Shown here: one piece after another, positions 29,291 to 39,079 of the stretch
Layout of the letters: the number at the start of each line of letters is the position of its first letter
Numbering within the stretch: the first letter of the stretch is position 1
Source: a virus
Lineage: Duplodnaviria; Caudoviricetes
Direction: 5' to 3' (one strand)
Virus record (IMG/VR): IMGVR_UViG_3300037469_000008
Location: 1-55,023 of that record
DNA: 55,023 bases
Program-made: the position numbers and the translations under genes
Notes under the pieces: generated by a model
What the model saw: only the letters and a program-made list of their open reading frames with translations
Databases searched by the model: none
What the model was told of the DNA's origin: nothing

Positions 29291-29494
29291 CTACCCTCTC
29301 TGTTGTTCCATGGGCCGGAACACGGAATTCCGTATTGCACCTCCTTTCTTGCTGATATATGTTTTCGGCATTTCCCGCACAGTAGCACCACAGAAGCACC
29401 CATAGACGACGCAGGAATGGGTGAACCCGGCCCTGCGAATCGATGTTTGGCATTGCGGACAAGTAATTGTTGTCGGGTGTTGTTGCTGTTCCAT
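29291..29494 (-). CDS. Small Cys-rich protein
   Basis: SD AGGAG; CPQC, C..C.C. Confidence 0.65.
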   Translation of the reverse strand: MEQQQHPTTITCPQCQTSIRRAGFTHSCVVYGCFCGATVREMPKTYISKKGGAIRNSVFRPMEQQRG

Positions 29495-29502
29495 GAATTC
29501 TC

Positions 29503-29925
29503 CTATGCGATATTTTGTGGATCGTCTCCACCGTCTTCTGGCGCTGGTTCAGGCCATACAAACAATTCCGAAACAGTTCTCAAACATCTCTCCGGCGGAA
29601 TTGTTACAAGTCGCAACTTGACGCCATGCTCAAGAGCGTAGTTAATGACTGCGCACCGGGCATCAAATGTCCATATAGTCAATCCGTTAAACGGGACTCC
29701 ATTCCAGTTCAGCCAGGCCGTAAATTCGCGATCCGTCGCGAATTCAGCGTCTACGGCGTTGCCGTTCCTGAGACAAATCGGTAACGGTAGTATGTCGAGT
29801 GCTTCCAATCGTTTGAATGTCGGCAATCCACTTTTCGCGTCTTTCCCATGCTCTGAGATGTTTTGCATAATCTGCACCGTCTTTCTTCCTATTTGGTCGA
29901 GAGAAGTACCAGAAATCGTACTCAT
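29503..29925 (-). CDS. Hypothetical protein (start uncertain)
   Basis: Overlaps upstream gene. Confidence 0.55.
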   Translation of the reverse strand: MSTISGTSLDQIGRKTVQIMQNISEHGKDAKSGLPTFKRLEALDILPLPICLRNGNAVDAEFATDREFTAWLNWNGVPFNGLTIWTFDARCAVINYALEHGVKLRLVTIPPERCLRTVSELFVWPEPAPEDGGDDPQNIA

Positions 29926-30166
29926 CTCGCATATCCTGGCTCATCCCCTCGATATGGCGCCCGTTGATAAAGCGAAACCGAACCACGTCCCGCACTGGCA
30001 AATCCCCCCATATACCGACTTCTTCGTACTTCCGCAGGCGGCCCATATGCCTCTCATTTTCAAATGGCTGCATAACCGCCTGCGAGGCTGGTTCTTGCCC
30101 CCCAAACATCTCCTCAAAGGGAACTGATTCAGGAGGTGTTTGGGAGATGTTTGGAACTGATTCCAC
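29744..30166 (-). CDS. Hypothetical protein
   Basis: Start abuts upstream stop. Confidence 0.6.
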   Translation of the reverse strand: MESVPNISQTPPESVPFEEMFGGQEPASQAVMQPFENERHMGRLRKYEEVGIWGDLPVRDVVRFRFINGRHIEGMSQDMRDEYDFWYFSRPNRKKDGADYAKHLRAWERREKWIADIQTIGSTRHTTVTDLSQERQRRRR

Positions 30167-31203
30167 TATTTTCCGTTCAGCGACGGGCCTCTGGGCGCCT
30201 GTGTCTCTAAAGGGCTGGCCGTTGCACCTCCAACGGAATCTGCTAAGTCATCGATATACGTGGATTGCGCTACTATCGGGGTGAGCGGTTCAGTATCCGC
30301 GTCGTAGCGGGGAGCAGACGACAAGAACGGGTAGCGAGCAACAGGCGGCTCTTGAACACGCGCTTGCGGGATTGGCTGCTCATCATCGCGATCGTTCGCC
30401 GGAGCCGGATGCGCATCTGGTTCTGGTGTCTTTGGATCCTCATTCTGCTCAGCAGTCTTTGTTGGTGTCTGCTGCGGGCGAGAGTCTACGATGGAACCCT
30501 GGGCGATCGGGTTCGGTTGCGATGGCAGGGGCAGATACATCCCGGTAAGTTCGCGGAGCTGTTCGCCAGCAAATTTCCAAGCCCCCAGTCGCAGTCCGGC
30601 CTGCACCTGCGGATCTTCGGCAATCTGCTCGAGGTAGGTAGTCGTGCTGTCAAGATATCGTCCTTTAAGCATCATCTTTGATGCATGGACGGCCATCGCA
30701 TGTTTACGATCCGATGCAGCCATGTCATCCTGCATTTCACGTTCATCGTGGCGAGCTTTCTGACTCTCATCCAGGGCGAAAACGATGATCCAGCAGAATG
30801 CTGCGACAACCGGCGTGGCAGGACAAAACCAGAGATAAGAGGCCATAAATGGATCGAGGTGAGAGACACCGCCAGTCAATTCAAATCCGAGAATGACGTT
30901 GGATGCGGAAACAGATGCTTCAACCGCTGTGAAAAGCCAGCCGGCCAGCATCTGTGGACCGCGCGAAAACCAGTATGCTTCGGCAATGATCAACGCCAGC
31001 ATGCTGGCGCCAGTAGCAACGGCGCCGATGAGCGAGAAAATCTTTCCCACGCCATCAGGGTAGGTCTTCCACATGACCTGGATAAATTGGATATCGCAGT
31101 ACACTACCACCCCTGCGATGACCCCGAACGCGATTATCTTCACCAGTCCTGCAATGGCTTGCTGATTCTTCGACAGGCCCGCAGTTCGCCCACGTAAATT
31201 CAT
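30166..31203 (-). CDS. Multi-TM membrane protein with coiled coil and disordered tail
   Basis: About four TM segments; SD AAGGAG. Confidence 0.8.
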   Translation of the reverse strand: MNLRGRTAGLSKNQQAIAGLVKIIAFGVIAGVVVYCDIQFIQVMWKTYPDGVGKIFSLIGAVATGASMLALIIAEAYWFSRGPQMLAGWLFTAVEASVSASNVILGFELTGGVSHLDPFMASYLWFCPATPVVAAFCWIIVFALDESQKARHDEREMQDDMAASDRKHAMAVHASKMMLKGRYLDSTTTYLEQIAEDPQVQAGLRLGAWKFAGEQLRELTGMYLPLPSQPNPIAQGSIVDSRPQQTPTKTAEQNEDPKTPEPDAHPAPANDRDDEQPIPQARVQEPPVARYPFLSSAPRYDADTEPLTPIVAQSTYIDDLADSVGGATASPLETQAPRGPSLNGK

Positions 31204-31295
31204 AAGGAGTCTCCTTTTCATTTTGCCCTGCTCGTCCGTTAGGATAAGCAGGAGGGGCGTTTTGCTAGGAGACGCCCTGACTCCTATTTGCTATC

Positions 31296-31409
31296 TCAGA
31301 GCACCTGGCCGTTCCATTCGGCATCACTTTGTGGGCGATCCCACGCGCGTTCGATCATGCCGATCATATCGCTGATTTGCGAAATGATTCTCAGATAATC
31401 ATCTGCCAC
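31296..31409 (-). CDS. 37-aa ORF (MADDYLRII...)
   Basis: SD AAGGA plus GTG; below ORF-track cutoff. Confidence 0.4.
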   Translation of the reverse strand: MADDYLRIISQISDMIGMIERAWDRPQSDAEWNGQVL

Positions 31410-31590
31410 TGATATCATCCTTTCGCATCAATCTGTCCACGGTCGACTTTTTTACGCGATACGCCTGGCGCTTTGCGCTATGGGGCAATGTGATGGCATC
31501 GAGTGCGCCACCCTTGATCCAGCGGCGTACTGTTGTGTCGTCCACGCGCAGCTGGAGCGCGACCTCGCGTACAGTAAAAAGTTCTTCCAT
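31399..31590 (-). CDS. Excisionase-like HTH protein
   Basis: LFTVREVA..LRV...TVRRWI..G.L. Confidence 0.88.
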   Translation of the reverse strand: MEELFTVREVALQLRVDDTTVRRWIKGGALDAITLPHSAKRQAYRVKKSTVDRLMRKDDISGR

Positions 31591-31666
31591 TGTGTGTTCT
31601 CCTTTTCTAAAATGGGATGCAGTATCCATCTGCGGCCGCCCAGAAGTCCGTCGCTCGGCCGCTTCA

Positions 31667-31897
31667 TTAATTCACCCATTCTGCTCTTCCTGGGCCGCGT
31701 GCCAGGGCCAGATCCTGCTGGATGCCCGGACGCGCACGCAGGCAGGCCAGCATCGCCTGCTCATCGCCCGTGAGCATCGTTGGCACGGTGGACCGCGTCA
31801 ACTCCTGCCGGCGTGGACGCTTCCAACTGCTAACGCACAGCAGAATACCCGATCCAATGACCGTCAGCAGGAAGATCCCGGCCGAGATATAATTCAT
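31667..31897 (-). CDS. Small membrane-anchored protein
   Basis: N-terminal TM helix. Confidence 0.55.
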   Translation of the reverse strand: MNYISAGIFLLTVIGSGILLCVSSWKRPRRQELTRSTVPTMLTGDEQAMLACLRARPGIQQDLALARGPGRAEWVN

Positions 31898-32017
31898 CCT
31901 CACACTCACTTTCTGCCCGCGTCGGGCATCCAATTAATTTTTGGGGCACTGGCGCGCCTCTCGCCAGTCTTCCGGGCGAATGAGAAATGCAGCCCGGACT
32001 CGGTTGATGGCATCCTC

Positions 32018-32803
32018 CTATCTCAACCGGAAATCTGCACCATCCATCCGGATGATTTCAGCGGCCCCAAAGAGCCGCGATACCAGCGATGGATGCACAT
32101 ACAAATCCCATTCATCCGTTTTGTTGGCCGTTACGATCGTCGGCCTCTCGGCCAGGTCGCGAGCATTGAAGATGTCAAAAAGCGTACTTCTTTGGTATGA
32201 ACCATCATCACGCAGATGCATCTTGTCCAAATCGTCAAGGCAAAGCAACGGAGTCTCCATGGCTTTTCGCAGGATGCCGACCTGCGAATCAAAACCACTG
32301 TCAAAGAGAGCCTGGAAGAGTTGATTACCGGAAGCAAAGAGGCAGGGTATGCCAGCTTCTCGAACTGCATTCAGCAATGCACATGCCAAATGCGTTTTTC
32401 CGATTCCGCACGGGCCGAGAAAGATGATGTTGTACGTATCCTCATCATCCTCCTGCCGACAGAGTTTATCGGCAAGAGAACGCGCATGGCGGTATGCTTG
32501 TGCGACGCTCACGCCGTTCGCACCGGAATCAAACGCGTCGAAATTTTTACTTTCCAGCCGGCGGACATATCGCTCATGCGCGCCGAGCCAGCGATAGGTG
32601 AGCGAGCGTGCTTCACTCACCTCCTTCAGGTATCTGCACTGGCACTTCACCGCCGTCCCGAAACGTTGATCGTTCACATCTTCGATGTAGCGGCGCACAA
32701 ATCCCAAATCCTTGCACACAGGACAGGCGTACTCAGGTGCACTCCTGACGGACAAACGAGGCACTCGGCTGGTCGCCGGCAGAATTTTTCCGATTTGGAT
32801 CAT
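32018..32803 (-). CDS. DnaC/IstB-like helicase loader
   Basis: CPVC...CQC, GPCGIGKT, LCLDDL, TIVTAN, SRL, DFR. Confidence 0.9.
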   Translation of the reverse strand: MIQIGKILPATSRVPRLSVRSAPEYACPVCKDLGFVRRYIEDVNDQRFGTAVKCQCRYLKEVSEARSLTYRWLGAHERYVRRLESKNFDAFDSGANGVSVAQAYRHARSLADKLCRQEDDEDTYNIIFLGPCGIGKTHLACALLNAVREAGIPCLFASGNQLFQALFDSGFDSQVGILRKAMETPLLCLDDLDKMHLRDDGSYQRSTLFDIFNARDLAERPTIVTANKTDEWDLYVHPSLVSRLFGAAEIIRMDGADFRLR

Positions 32804-33969
32804 CAGATCGCTTCCCTTCCGGCGGCTCGATCTGCCGCCTCTCGTCGCGCTCGTCGCCTCTCGGAGACGAGCAGAAGATTGTCCATGGAATATTGCGCGT
32901 TTCTGTCTGGCTGCCGAGCAGTGCCGACAGGTCCATTTCTCTCCATGGCAGATTGCCATGCCTCGAAGTCTCGCAGGAGATCCGTGAGGCGAATCCCGCG
33001 CACGTAGAAGCCCTTCTTGTCCACCTTGAACATCCAGGACTTCTGCGCTCCCAGCACTTCCGCGATCGATTGATATTCTTTCGTCCACGGGAGCATGAGC
33101 GGATAGAGCGCGTTCGCTGCCTCGATCGTTTTTGGTCCGAGAGGCACTCGCGATTTGAACAACGAACACCAGGCATCGTAGATTTGCTGACCGCCTGTAT
33201 CGAGCAAGGGGACAACCGTTTCTATTTCCGTCGATTTTGCTTGTTTCCCCTTTTTTGCTTGTTCTGTCGGTTCCCGGGCCGGTGTTTCCTCAAGCGTTGT
33301 GTTGTTTCTCAGAGGCGGGTTAGTGCCTCGTTCTGCAGTATCGGTATGAGCAAATCGAGTTTGAGAAGATGCTGTCGTAGGCGAGTCGAAAGACGAGCCG
33401 GAATCGGCAGGCGTCGATTCGCGCCCGGCTAACGTCCCTATATCTTCTTCTGGATATATTTCCGTATCTATATTCTTAGGATATATTCTTATGTCACTAA
33501 ATTTTGAACAACCGCGTTCAAAATTTGAACAATCTCCCTGCTCTTTGTTCGATTTTTGAACATCATTGTTCGTTGAATGAACAACAGGCATGTCTTCGTT
33601 CAAAATTTGAACAGACTCATCTGGACTTTGTTCTATTTTTGAACAATAATCCTTGTTCATCTGCCAGATATCGATGATGGAGATATGCCAGATTTCCTTC
33701 CCCGAACGAGGGCTGGGCTTTTTCTCTGCATGGATGAGTCCAGACTCGTGAAGGTGTGGAATCATCGTCGAAAGAGACGCGATGGAAATATCGGTCTCTT
33801 CTTTCAGAGATCGCAGCGTGCGGAAACAGGTTCCCCCCTTGCCGCACAAATCTTTCAGGCAGGTGTAGAGCCACTTCTCGGTGTGGCTAAGCTTTTTATA
33901 CAACGTGCGCACGATGCGCGGTGTCATCGCGTAGAATCCCCAATCCATCCTCGGATCTGTTTTGCTCAT
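32803..33969 (-). CDS. Replication initiator protein (HTH) containing the origin
   Basis: N-terminal wHTH, internal iterons, coupled to DnaC-like gene. Confidence 0.85.
   Translation of the reverse strand: MSKTDPRMDWGFYAMTPRIVRTLYKKLSHTEKWLYTCLKDLCGKGGTCFRTLRSLKEETDISIASLSTMIPHLHESGLIHAEKKPSPRSGKEIWHISIIDIWQMNKDYCSKIEQSPDESVQILNEDMPVVHSTNNDVQKSNKEQGDCSNFERGCSKFSDIRIYPKNIDTEIYPEEDIGTLAGRESTPADSGSSFDSPTTASSQTRFAHTDTAERGTNPPLRNNTTLEETPAREPTEQAKKGKQAKSTEIETVVPLLDTGGQQIYDAWCSLFKSRVPLGPKTIEAANALYPLMLPWTKEYQSIAEVLGAQKSWMFKVDKKGFYVRGIRLTDLLRDFEAWQSAMERNGPVGTARQPDRNAQYSMDNLLLVSERRRARREAADRAAGREAI
33449..33645. repeat. Replication origin: five GTTC-N7-GAAC iterons plus AT-rich flank
   Basis: Copies at 33516, 33547, 33568, 33598, 33630; partial copy ending 33509. 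Confidence 0.8.
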
Positions 33970-34011
33970 AGCAGGCTCTATTTCTCCGGCGTGGGCAGCC
34001 GGTGGATATAT

Positions 34012-34320
34012 TCAGGTTCGATTAAGTTTCATGCGTAGATGCAGAATGGCCTCAATCTCTTCTGCCTCTAACTCTGCGCAGCTATCGCAGCAGTTATATT
34101 GGTTGAGATCAGGCCCGGAAATGTGGCCATCTTTGCCATAGCACTCCCAACAGAGCATGCGCCCGCATACGTCGCACATAGGAGCTGCTGGCCGCGCATC
34201 GGCAAAGGAAAATCGGCTCATGTGGCAGATTTCGCATCCGGTAGGTTCGAGTACTTTGGTGGCGTGTACGCGGATAATCATGCGATATTTTGGCGGCACT
34301 GCCAATTCGGTGAAGTTCAT
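34012..34320 (-). CDS. Cys-rich Zn-finger protein
   Basis: Four CxxC-type pairs. Confidence 0.7.
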   Translation of the reverse strand: MNFTELAVPPKYRMIIRVHATKVLEPTGCEICHMSRFSFADARPAAPMCDVCGRMLCWECYGKDGHISGPDLNQYNCCDSCAELEAEEIEAILHLRMKLNRT

Positions 34321-35507
34321 GCCACGACCCGCCTTTCTGCCAGGCTTGCCAGCCCGCGCTGGGTGATCATCGCAGCGACTGCCGGCGTGACGGACAACCC
34401 GATTTGGCGCAATGCCTCCTTCTTGCTGCAGTCGAAGCGAAAGCTGGCCGGATAGCCCATGGCGCGCCGGGATTCGTCAAACGTCAACATCCGGTAGCCA
34501 CACTCGTCCACGCTTGCTTCTGGATGCGGCACGGTGATGAACGCATGTCGATCTCTTGTGGTTATCGTGCCGATTGGCTCATTCACTGTGCGGTAGATGG
34601 CCGTTCCGTAGTAGCTCATCAAGAAAAAAGGGAGATGGCGGTATCGGGCCAGTCCCTGCCGGATTTTGTGGTAGGTTCTCTCCACCAGCGGCCTGGTGCG
34701 CTGCCCGATGATAGGTGTAGGAAGCTTCCAGTCCAACACATCTTTGGCCGGGTGATAGAACGGGACCACCTCTTTGCCGCATCCAGGGCACACGTAGATG
34801 TACTGCTCCCCGTATGCGCCCCAATGCTTCAAGCTTTTCCAGGATTGGAGTGCGCCCACTTGCCGGTCACAGGCTTTACAGTAGGCCCCCGGCCTGATGT
34901 CCAGGTCTGGCATCTGATGGCCATTCAGGGAGAATACCGCATACCAGCGATCGCGCGACTCGCAGCAAGGGGCCGGGAATGCTGGGGCGAACATGCTGTT
35001 GAAGTAGACGGTTTGCGCCTGATACCCCAATCTTTTCATGTCGCTCACCCAGGTCTGGTATCCTCCCCATCGCTCAACTTCCGGCACATTCTCCACAAAA
35101 ATCAGTTTGAACGGATGCCCCCGCTTTTTCTTCGTCTCCGCCCAGCGAACAACTTCGTTCATCGTTGTTCGGGACCGCGTTGCGGGATCGTCTTCTTCAC
35201 GATCCGTCCACCTGCCGCGCAACTCGGGCCAGAGTTCTGGCTGGTTCTGCCCCAGGATCTTTGCGCCTATGGCTGTGGACTGGTAACGACACTCGGGAGA
35301 AGCCTGCAGTATATCGGCATCCGGATAATGTCCCGGATGAGTTTTTGTGATGTCCGTAAGCACCTGCCGCGTGTGTGGAAAGTTCAACGCATGTGTTTCG
35401 AGGCTTCTCTCGTTGTGGTTGAAAGCTGCCAGAGTGTGAACACCACATGCGGCAAATCCCGAATCCCATCCACCAGCCCCTGAGAAAAGGGTTAATGCAG
35501 TAGCCAT
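34317..35507 (-). CDS. C5 cytosine DNA methyltransferase
   Basis: LFSGAGG, SPEC, ENV, R.R, IGLSV. Confidence 0.9.
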   Translation of the reverse strand: MATALTLFSGAGGWDSGFAACGVHTLAAFNHNERSLETHALNFPHTRQVLTDITKTHPGHYPDADILQASPECRYQSTAIGAKILGQNQPELWPELRGRWTDREEDDPATRSRTTMNEVVRWAETKKKRGHPFKLIFVENVPEVERWGGYQTWVSDMKRLGYQAQTVYFNSMFAPAFPAPCCESRDRWYAVFSLNGHQMPDLDIRPGAYCKACDRQVGALQSWKSLKHWGAYGEQYIYVCPGCGKEVVPFYHPAKDVLDWKLPTPIIGQRTRPLVERTYHKIRQGLARYRHLPFFLMSYYGTAIYRTVNEPIGTITTRDRHAFITVPHPEASVDECGYRMLTFDESRRAMGYPASFRFDCSKKEALRQIGLSVTPAVAAMITQRGLASLAERRVVA

Positions 35508-35556
35508 ATAACACCTCGCATCCATCGTAGAGCCGAGATACCCCGGCGGATAATAA

Positions 35557-36372
35557 CTAAACCATGCAATAGCCCGACTCACATGTGTCAAGCTCTTCAA
35601 ACAGTCCCTGCTGGCCGTATTCATGGGTACTCTGGTCCAGGGGCTTCATTAGTCGCGTGAACCACACCGGGTCCATACCCAGCATCTTGCGTCGCTCATT
35701 GAGGAACCGCTCTAACTCAACCGACTTCTGGAAGAGTTCGGGTTGATTCTGTCTCATCTCCTGCCAGACACTAAGCTTGTGATACGGGCAAAACCAACAG
35801 GACGACTTTGGGGGAATAGGCAATCCAGCGCTGGTGATAATGTTCATGCAATCTTGCCGGGTGAGTGGGCGCTCTACCTCATCCAGTAGGGGGAAGACAT
35901 TCTCTTTCCATTCAATCGTGTCGGGGTCCGTGTTGGGCTTCACACGCTCAATCTCGTCCAGACTGATGCCAAGTCCAACCTGAGCACCACTGGTCTTTGC
36001 ACCATGCGAACGCAGCCATTTATCCACCACCAGGATTTTGAAGTCTGCTGTGCAGGAGCGCCGGGGAGGCGCTCCTGATCCGTTCATGCGCACCGGAATG
36101 CCAATCGAGCGAGAACCTGGGCGAGTAAGATGCTGATAGAGCGTTTCCGGTTCGCCAAAGCGGGTCTTTTGCAACTCAATGAATGCAATATCGTGTTTCC
36201 CTGCGAACGGCCTCGCGTAATCGCGCACATATGTCAGCGTCGCGGGGTTCTCTGAGTCCTCGCCCACGTTACAGAAGAGGAATGTTTTGAAGTCGATTTT
36301 ACTCTGTGCAGCGAGCACCAGAGCGGCTGTACTCTGGACTCCACCCCCATAACTAAAGACACGCAGAGTCAT
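35557..36372 (-). CDS. PAPS-reductase-like (PP-loop) protein
   Basis: SYGGGVQS, CT..FK, FPL, KSSCWFCPY. Confidence 0.85.
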   Translation of the reverse strand: MTLRVFSYGGGVQSTAALVLAAQSKIDFKTFLFCNVGEDSENPATLTYVRDYARPFAGKHDIAFIELQKTRFGEPETLYQHLTRPGSRSIGIPVRMNGSGAPPRRSCTADFKILVVDKWLRSHGAKTSGAQVGLGISLDEIERVKPNTDPDTIEWKENVFPLLDEVERPLTRQDCMNIITSAGLPIPPKSSCWFCPYHKLSVWQEMRQNQPELFQKSVELERFLNERRKMLGMDPVWFTRLMKPLDQSTHEYGQQGLFEELDTCESGYCMV

Positions 36373-36623
36373 CTCTCATCCCCTTTCCGTTCACGCTCTA
36401 CTTGGCAGAACAGGCATTCACACCCCGGCTGATGGTCAAATCCCGCCTGCTGGATCACCACCGTGTCAGCTTTGTCCCGCGCGCTGTATTGGTTCGTCCA
36501 ATAGCCAGCGATGCTGCCCTTGAGTCGGACGAGGTGCGCCATGGCTTTCTGGTGATACTCTTCCATGCAGCGATCACAGGGGCATGCAAATGCTGTGCCT
36601 TTCAGGCAGGCTTTTTTACTCAT
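36369..36623 (-). CDS. Small Cys-rich protein
   Basis: CPCDRC, H.PGCECLFC. Confidence 0.65.
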   Translation of the reverse strand: MSKKACLKGTAFACPCDRCMEEYHQKAMAHLVRLKGSIAGYWTNQYSARDKADTVVIQQAGFDHQPGCECLFCQVERERKGDER

Positions 36624-37074
36624 GATCTCTCGCTTCCTGTGTTTGAGGGGCTGGCAGGAGAAATTGACGTTCTACCATCGTTTCAAAGAGGGTCTGGCCG
36701 CCTTGGCCGATGAGATAAGGCAGGAATACTTCCGCCGGCTGGACCATGCCGGTATCAATCATGGCCATCTGGCTGGATATCCAGTCGCGAATGTTGGCCC
36801 AGGCAGTGCGATATGCCTGATCTTTTTGTGCGGTGGTAAGATTCCTCCTGCCGGGATAAAGGATCTTTTCAACGTTTTCGATACGGGCAGGCAGGCGAAA
36901 GGGGCAAATGACGCCGTTAATTTCGATAGAAAACGAGATAGCAACGACACGCCCATCATCGTAGTCCAGGATGATTTGTCTGGCTTTGTGGCTGGCCAGT
37001 GTTTTCTGTATCGCGTCGAACGTATTACGCGACGTACTTGTGGTGTTTTTGAGTCGTGGCCTATTCTGAGTCAT
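36616..37074 (-). CDS. Conserved phage protein
   Basis: IQKTL..H.A..I, FRLP, AYRTAW..IRDWI..Q, EVFLPY. Confidence 0.8.
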   Translation of the reverse strand: MTQNRPRLKNTTSTSRNTFDAIQKTLASHKARQIILDYDDGRVVAISFSIEINGVICPFRLPARIENVEKILYPGRRNLTTAQKDQAYRTAWANIRDWISSQMAMIDTGMVQPAEVFLPYLIGQGGQTLFETMVERQFLLPAPQTQEARDHE

Positions 37075-37397
37075 GGCAACTCTCTCGTATCTGATTCGGG
37101 CGTGCCGTTGTGCAATTCACCGCCGTTCCAACTCATCCAGTAGTGATCGTGGCATCCATTACAGAAAATTCCGCTTGCCTCGCATCCAAGTGAACGTCGA
37201 GAGAGCACAAGCGACTGCCCGCATCGGCGACACTCAAATGCAACTGACTTGATGGTGTAACTCACGGTGTACGTTGACTGCTCCACCGGAAACTCTTGCA
37301 GCATCTGCTCGACGGCTTGTATGCTTACCCCAACCATAGGCGCGAGTTTTGCCAGCAGAAGTTGGCAAGCCAGGTTGTTGGGAGTGGGCGCGTACAT
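37071..37397 (-). CDS. Zn-ribbon hypothetical protein
   Basis: CRRC...CNGC; SD AGGAGG. Confidence 0.65.
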   Translation of the reverse strand: MYAPTPNNLACQLLLAKLAPMVGVSIQAVEQMLQEFPVEQSTYTVSYTIKSVAFECRRCGQSLVLSRRSLGCEASGIFCNGCHDHYWMSWNGGELHNGTPESDTRELP

Positions 37398-37400
37398 GGG

Positions 37401-37605
37401 CTATGCCTCCTGGATCGGCTGATAATCTCCTATTTCAAGACCAAATGACCATGCAACCAAGTATCCGGCCATCGACCAGGGAATGATGATGCCCGGTGGC
37501 CTCTCCCTCGACGATGATTTGAGTTTTTCTCTGAGTCAGCCCCTCTGGCGCTTTTTCGATTTTTGTGAAGAGAACGTCTCCCTGACGATACATAACTGAT
37601 TCCAT
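37401..37605 (-). pseudogene. Deletion scar: N-terminus of RQGD/GEATGH-family gene joined to last codons of a DUF6745-like gene
   Basis: YRQGDVLF...EGEATGHHH truncated; other frame reads VAWSFGLEIGDYQPIQEA*. Confidence 0.65.
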
Positions 37606-37642
37606 TGTTGTGATTTCCCTTTCGTTATAAATCATCACCTCG

Positions 37643-37865
37643 CTACCTTGCGGTAGTACAACTGGTAGTGGAATGCCATATGCGGGTCGCGACAAAACCA
37701 CCACTATCAGCAGCACGCTCACACACGTGCGGAGGTAGGACGGGAATTTTTGCCGTAGCGTCGGACTTCCACCGCTGCGTACGAGCTGGCAGTGAGCAAC
37801 ACGCGGTTGGTGGCGATGCGCGAAAGCTGGTCGCGTGCGACAGTCGGATAGAACGTGATGCTCAT
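37643..37865 (-). pseudogene. Frameshifted, truncated TGT/DpdA-like gene remnant
   Basis: 48-aa ORF; +1 frame continues ...RAADSGGFVA then stops. Confidence 0.5.
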
Positions 37866-38131
37866 TTGTACTTCTCTCCTTGCATCGCGGCCATGATCGC
37901 CTCTCGCAAGCGCGCCAACATCATGCGGTACTCGATTTCGTGCGGGGACTGCACCGCGAGCAAGCCGGCTTTTGCCCGCGCCCGCAGGCGCATCCGTTCG
38001 TGCCAGCGAAAGCCGAGAAGCAAATCAGCCGCATCGACACGGCGGCCTGCGAGCACCAGGGACTCGACGCGCGTGAGGTTGGCGATATTGTTGGCATGTG
38101 CGGCGTTATTGTGGGTGAGTAACTCGATCAT
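37862..38131 (-). CDS. Hypothetical protein
   Basis: ATGA overlaps. Confidence 0.65.
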   Translation of the reverse strand: MIELLTHNNAAHANNIANLTRVESLVLAGRRVDAADLLLGFRWHERMRLRARAKAGLLAVQSPHEIEYRMMLARLREAIMAAMQGEKYK

Positions 38132-38664
38132 GACAGCACCTCACTCTCAAAGAGCGCTAGTTGCGACGCTGCATCAAGCTCGGGCCATCTTATTTCAGTG
38201 CATGGCAGTGCTGTGCCGGTAGTGACTTCCCATCGCAGTTTGGGTAGAGCGAACAGGGCGTTGAACGCGCGTGGCCTGCCAGGGTTGCTCCACTGGTGGC
38301 TCTTGCGCTCACCTACCAGTTGCCAGCCAGCTGCTCGTAGGGATGCGCCGCCCTCTTTGGGGAGCGTGTATGTAACGAGGTGCAGGTACCCGATGGCGCG
38401 AACTGCGCGCCATACTGCCGCATAGAGCAGTGAGCAGGCATTGCGTGTGCCATCTGTCGCCACGCGATTCACTTCCAGTGTCCAGCCATCATCTAAGTGG
38501 CGCGCCACGGGCCGGCCTGCCAGTGCGACACCGTGAACATGCCCGGCTTCATCGGCACATGCCAGGGCAATGCGGGCGCTCACCACCGGGCCGTGATGGC
38601 GGTGAAACTGCGCAACGTAGGTGTTCGCCTGCTCGATAGTGCAGGGGACAATATGCAGGCTCAT
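38128..38664 (-). CDS. XF1762-family (Mom-like) protein
   Basis: HRHH, GRPVAR.LDDG.TLEV.R, NACS.LY, TYTL..E.GASLRAAGW. Confidence 0.85.
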   Translation of the reverse strand: MSLHIVPCTIEQANTYVAQFHRHHGPVVSARIALACADEAGHVHGVALAGRPVARHLDDGWTLEVNRVATDGTRNACSLLYAAVWRAVRAIGYLHLVTYTLPKEGGASLRAAGWQLVGERKSHQWSNPGRPRAFNALFALPKLRWEVTTGTALPCTEIRWPELDAASQLALFESEVLS

Positions 38665-38852
38665 GCAGTCCTCGCTTTCCGCCGTTGGCGATTGAGGTAG
38701 GTATACGCCTCGATGATCGCCTCATAGCCCAGACTCTTCCATTCATGAATGAGTTGTCGTCTCTCAACTTCGTTTGCTGGCTGATCGCACTCGACGAGTT
38801 CTGCCACCACATCACGGATTTCGAGTTGCTGCCAGTATTCAATATCCATCAT
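38661..38852 (-). CDS. Hypothetical protein
   Basis: Coupled ORF. Confidence 0.6.
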   Translation of the reverse strand: MMDIEYWQQLEIRDVVAELVECDQPANEVERRQLIHEWKSLGYEAIIEAYTYLNRQRRKARTA

Positions 38853-39079
38853 CTCCCTCTCATCCAGGCATCGCGCACGGATGGTTTCGTTTCAGGTGCG
38901 TGCTGGCGTTGCCATTCGTCCTGTGTCAGAACGCATTCGGGAAACACCTGCTCTTCATCGCCAGCGCCATTCCATCGCACCCAGACTATGCGGTGTGGTG
39001 CAACATCGCGCGTGGCGATTCCCTGTGTGCCATGAATGTGATGGACGACATCACCGACTTTGAATCGTAATTCAGTCAC
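38849..39079 (-). CDS. Small SH3-like hypothetical protein
   Basis: FKVGDVV...V.VRW. Confidence 0.65.
   Translation of the reverse strand: MTELRFKVGDVVHHIHGTQGIATRDVAPHRIVWVRWNGAGDEEQVFPECVLTQDEWQRQHAPETKPSVRDAWMRGR

Noticed and set aside
31934-32020. Protein-like in-frame continuation after the TAG of the DnaC-like gene (possible amber recoding)
   Set aside because: The gene ends at the normal DFR motif and other TAG stops are followed by properly started genes; the standard code fits the genome
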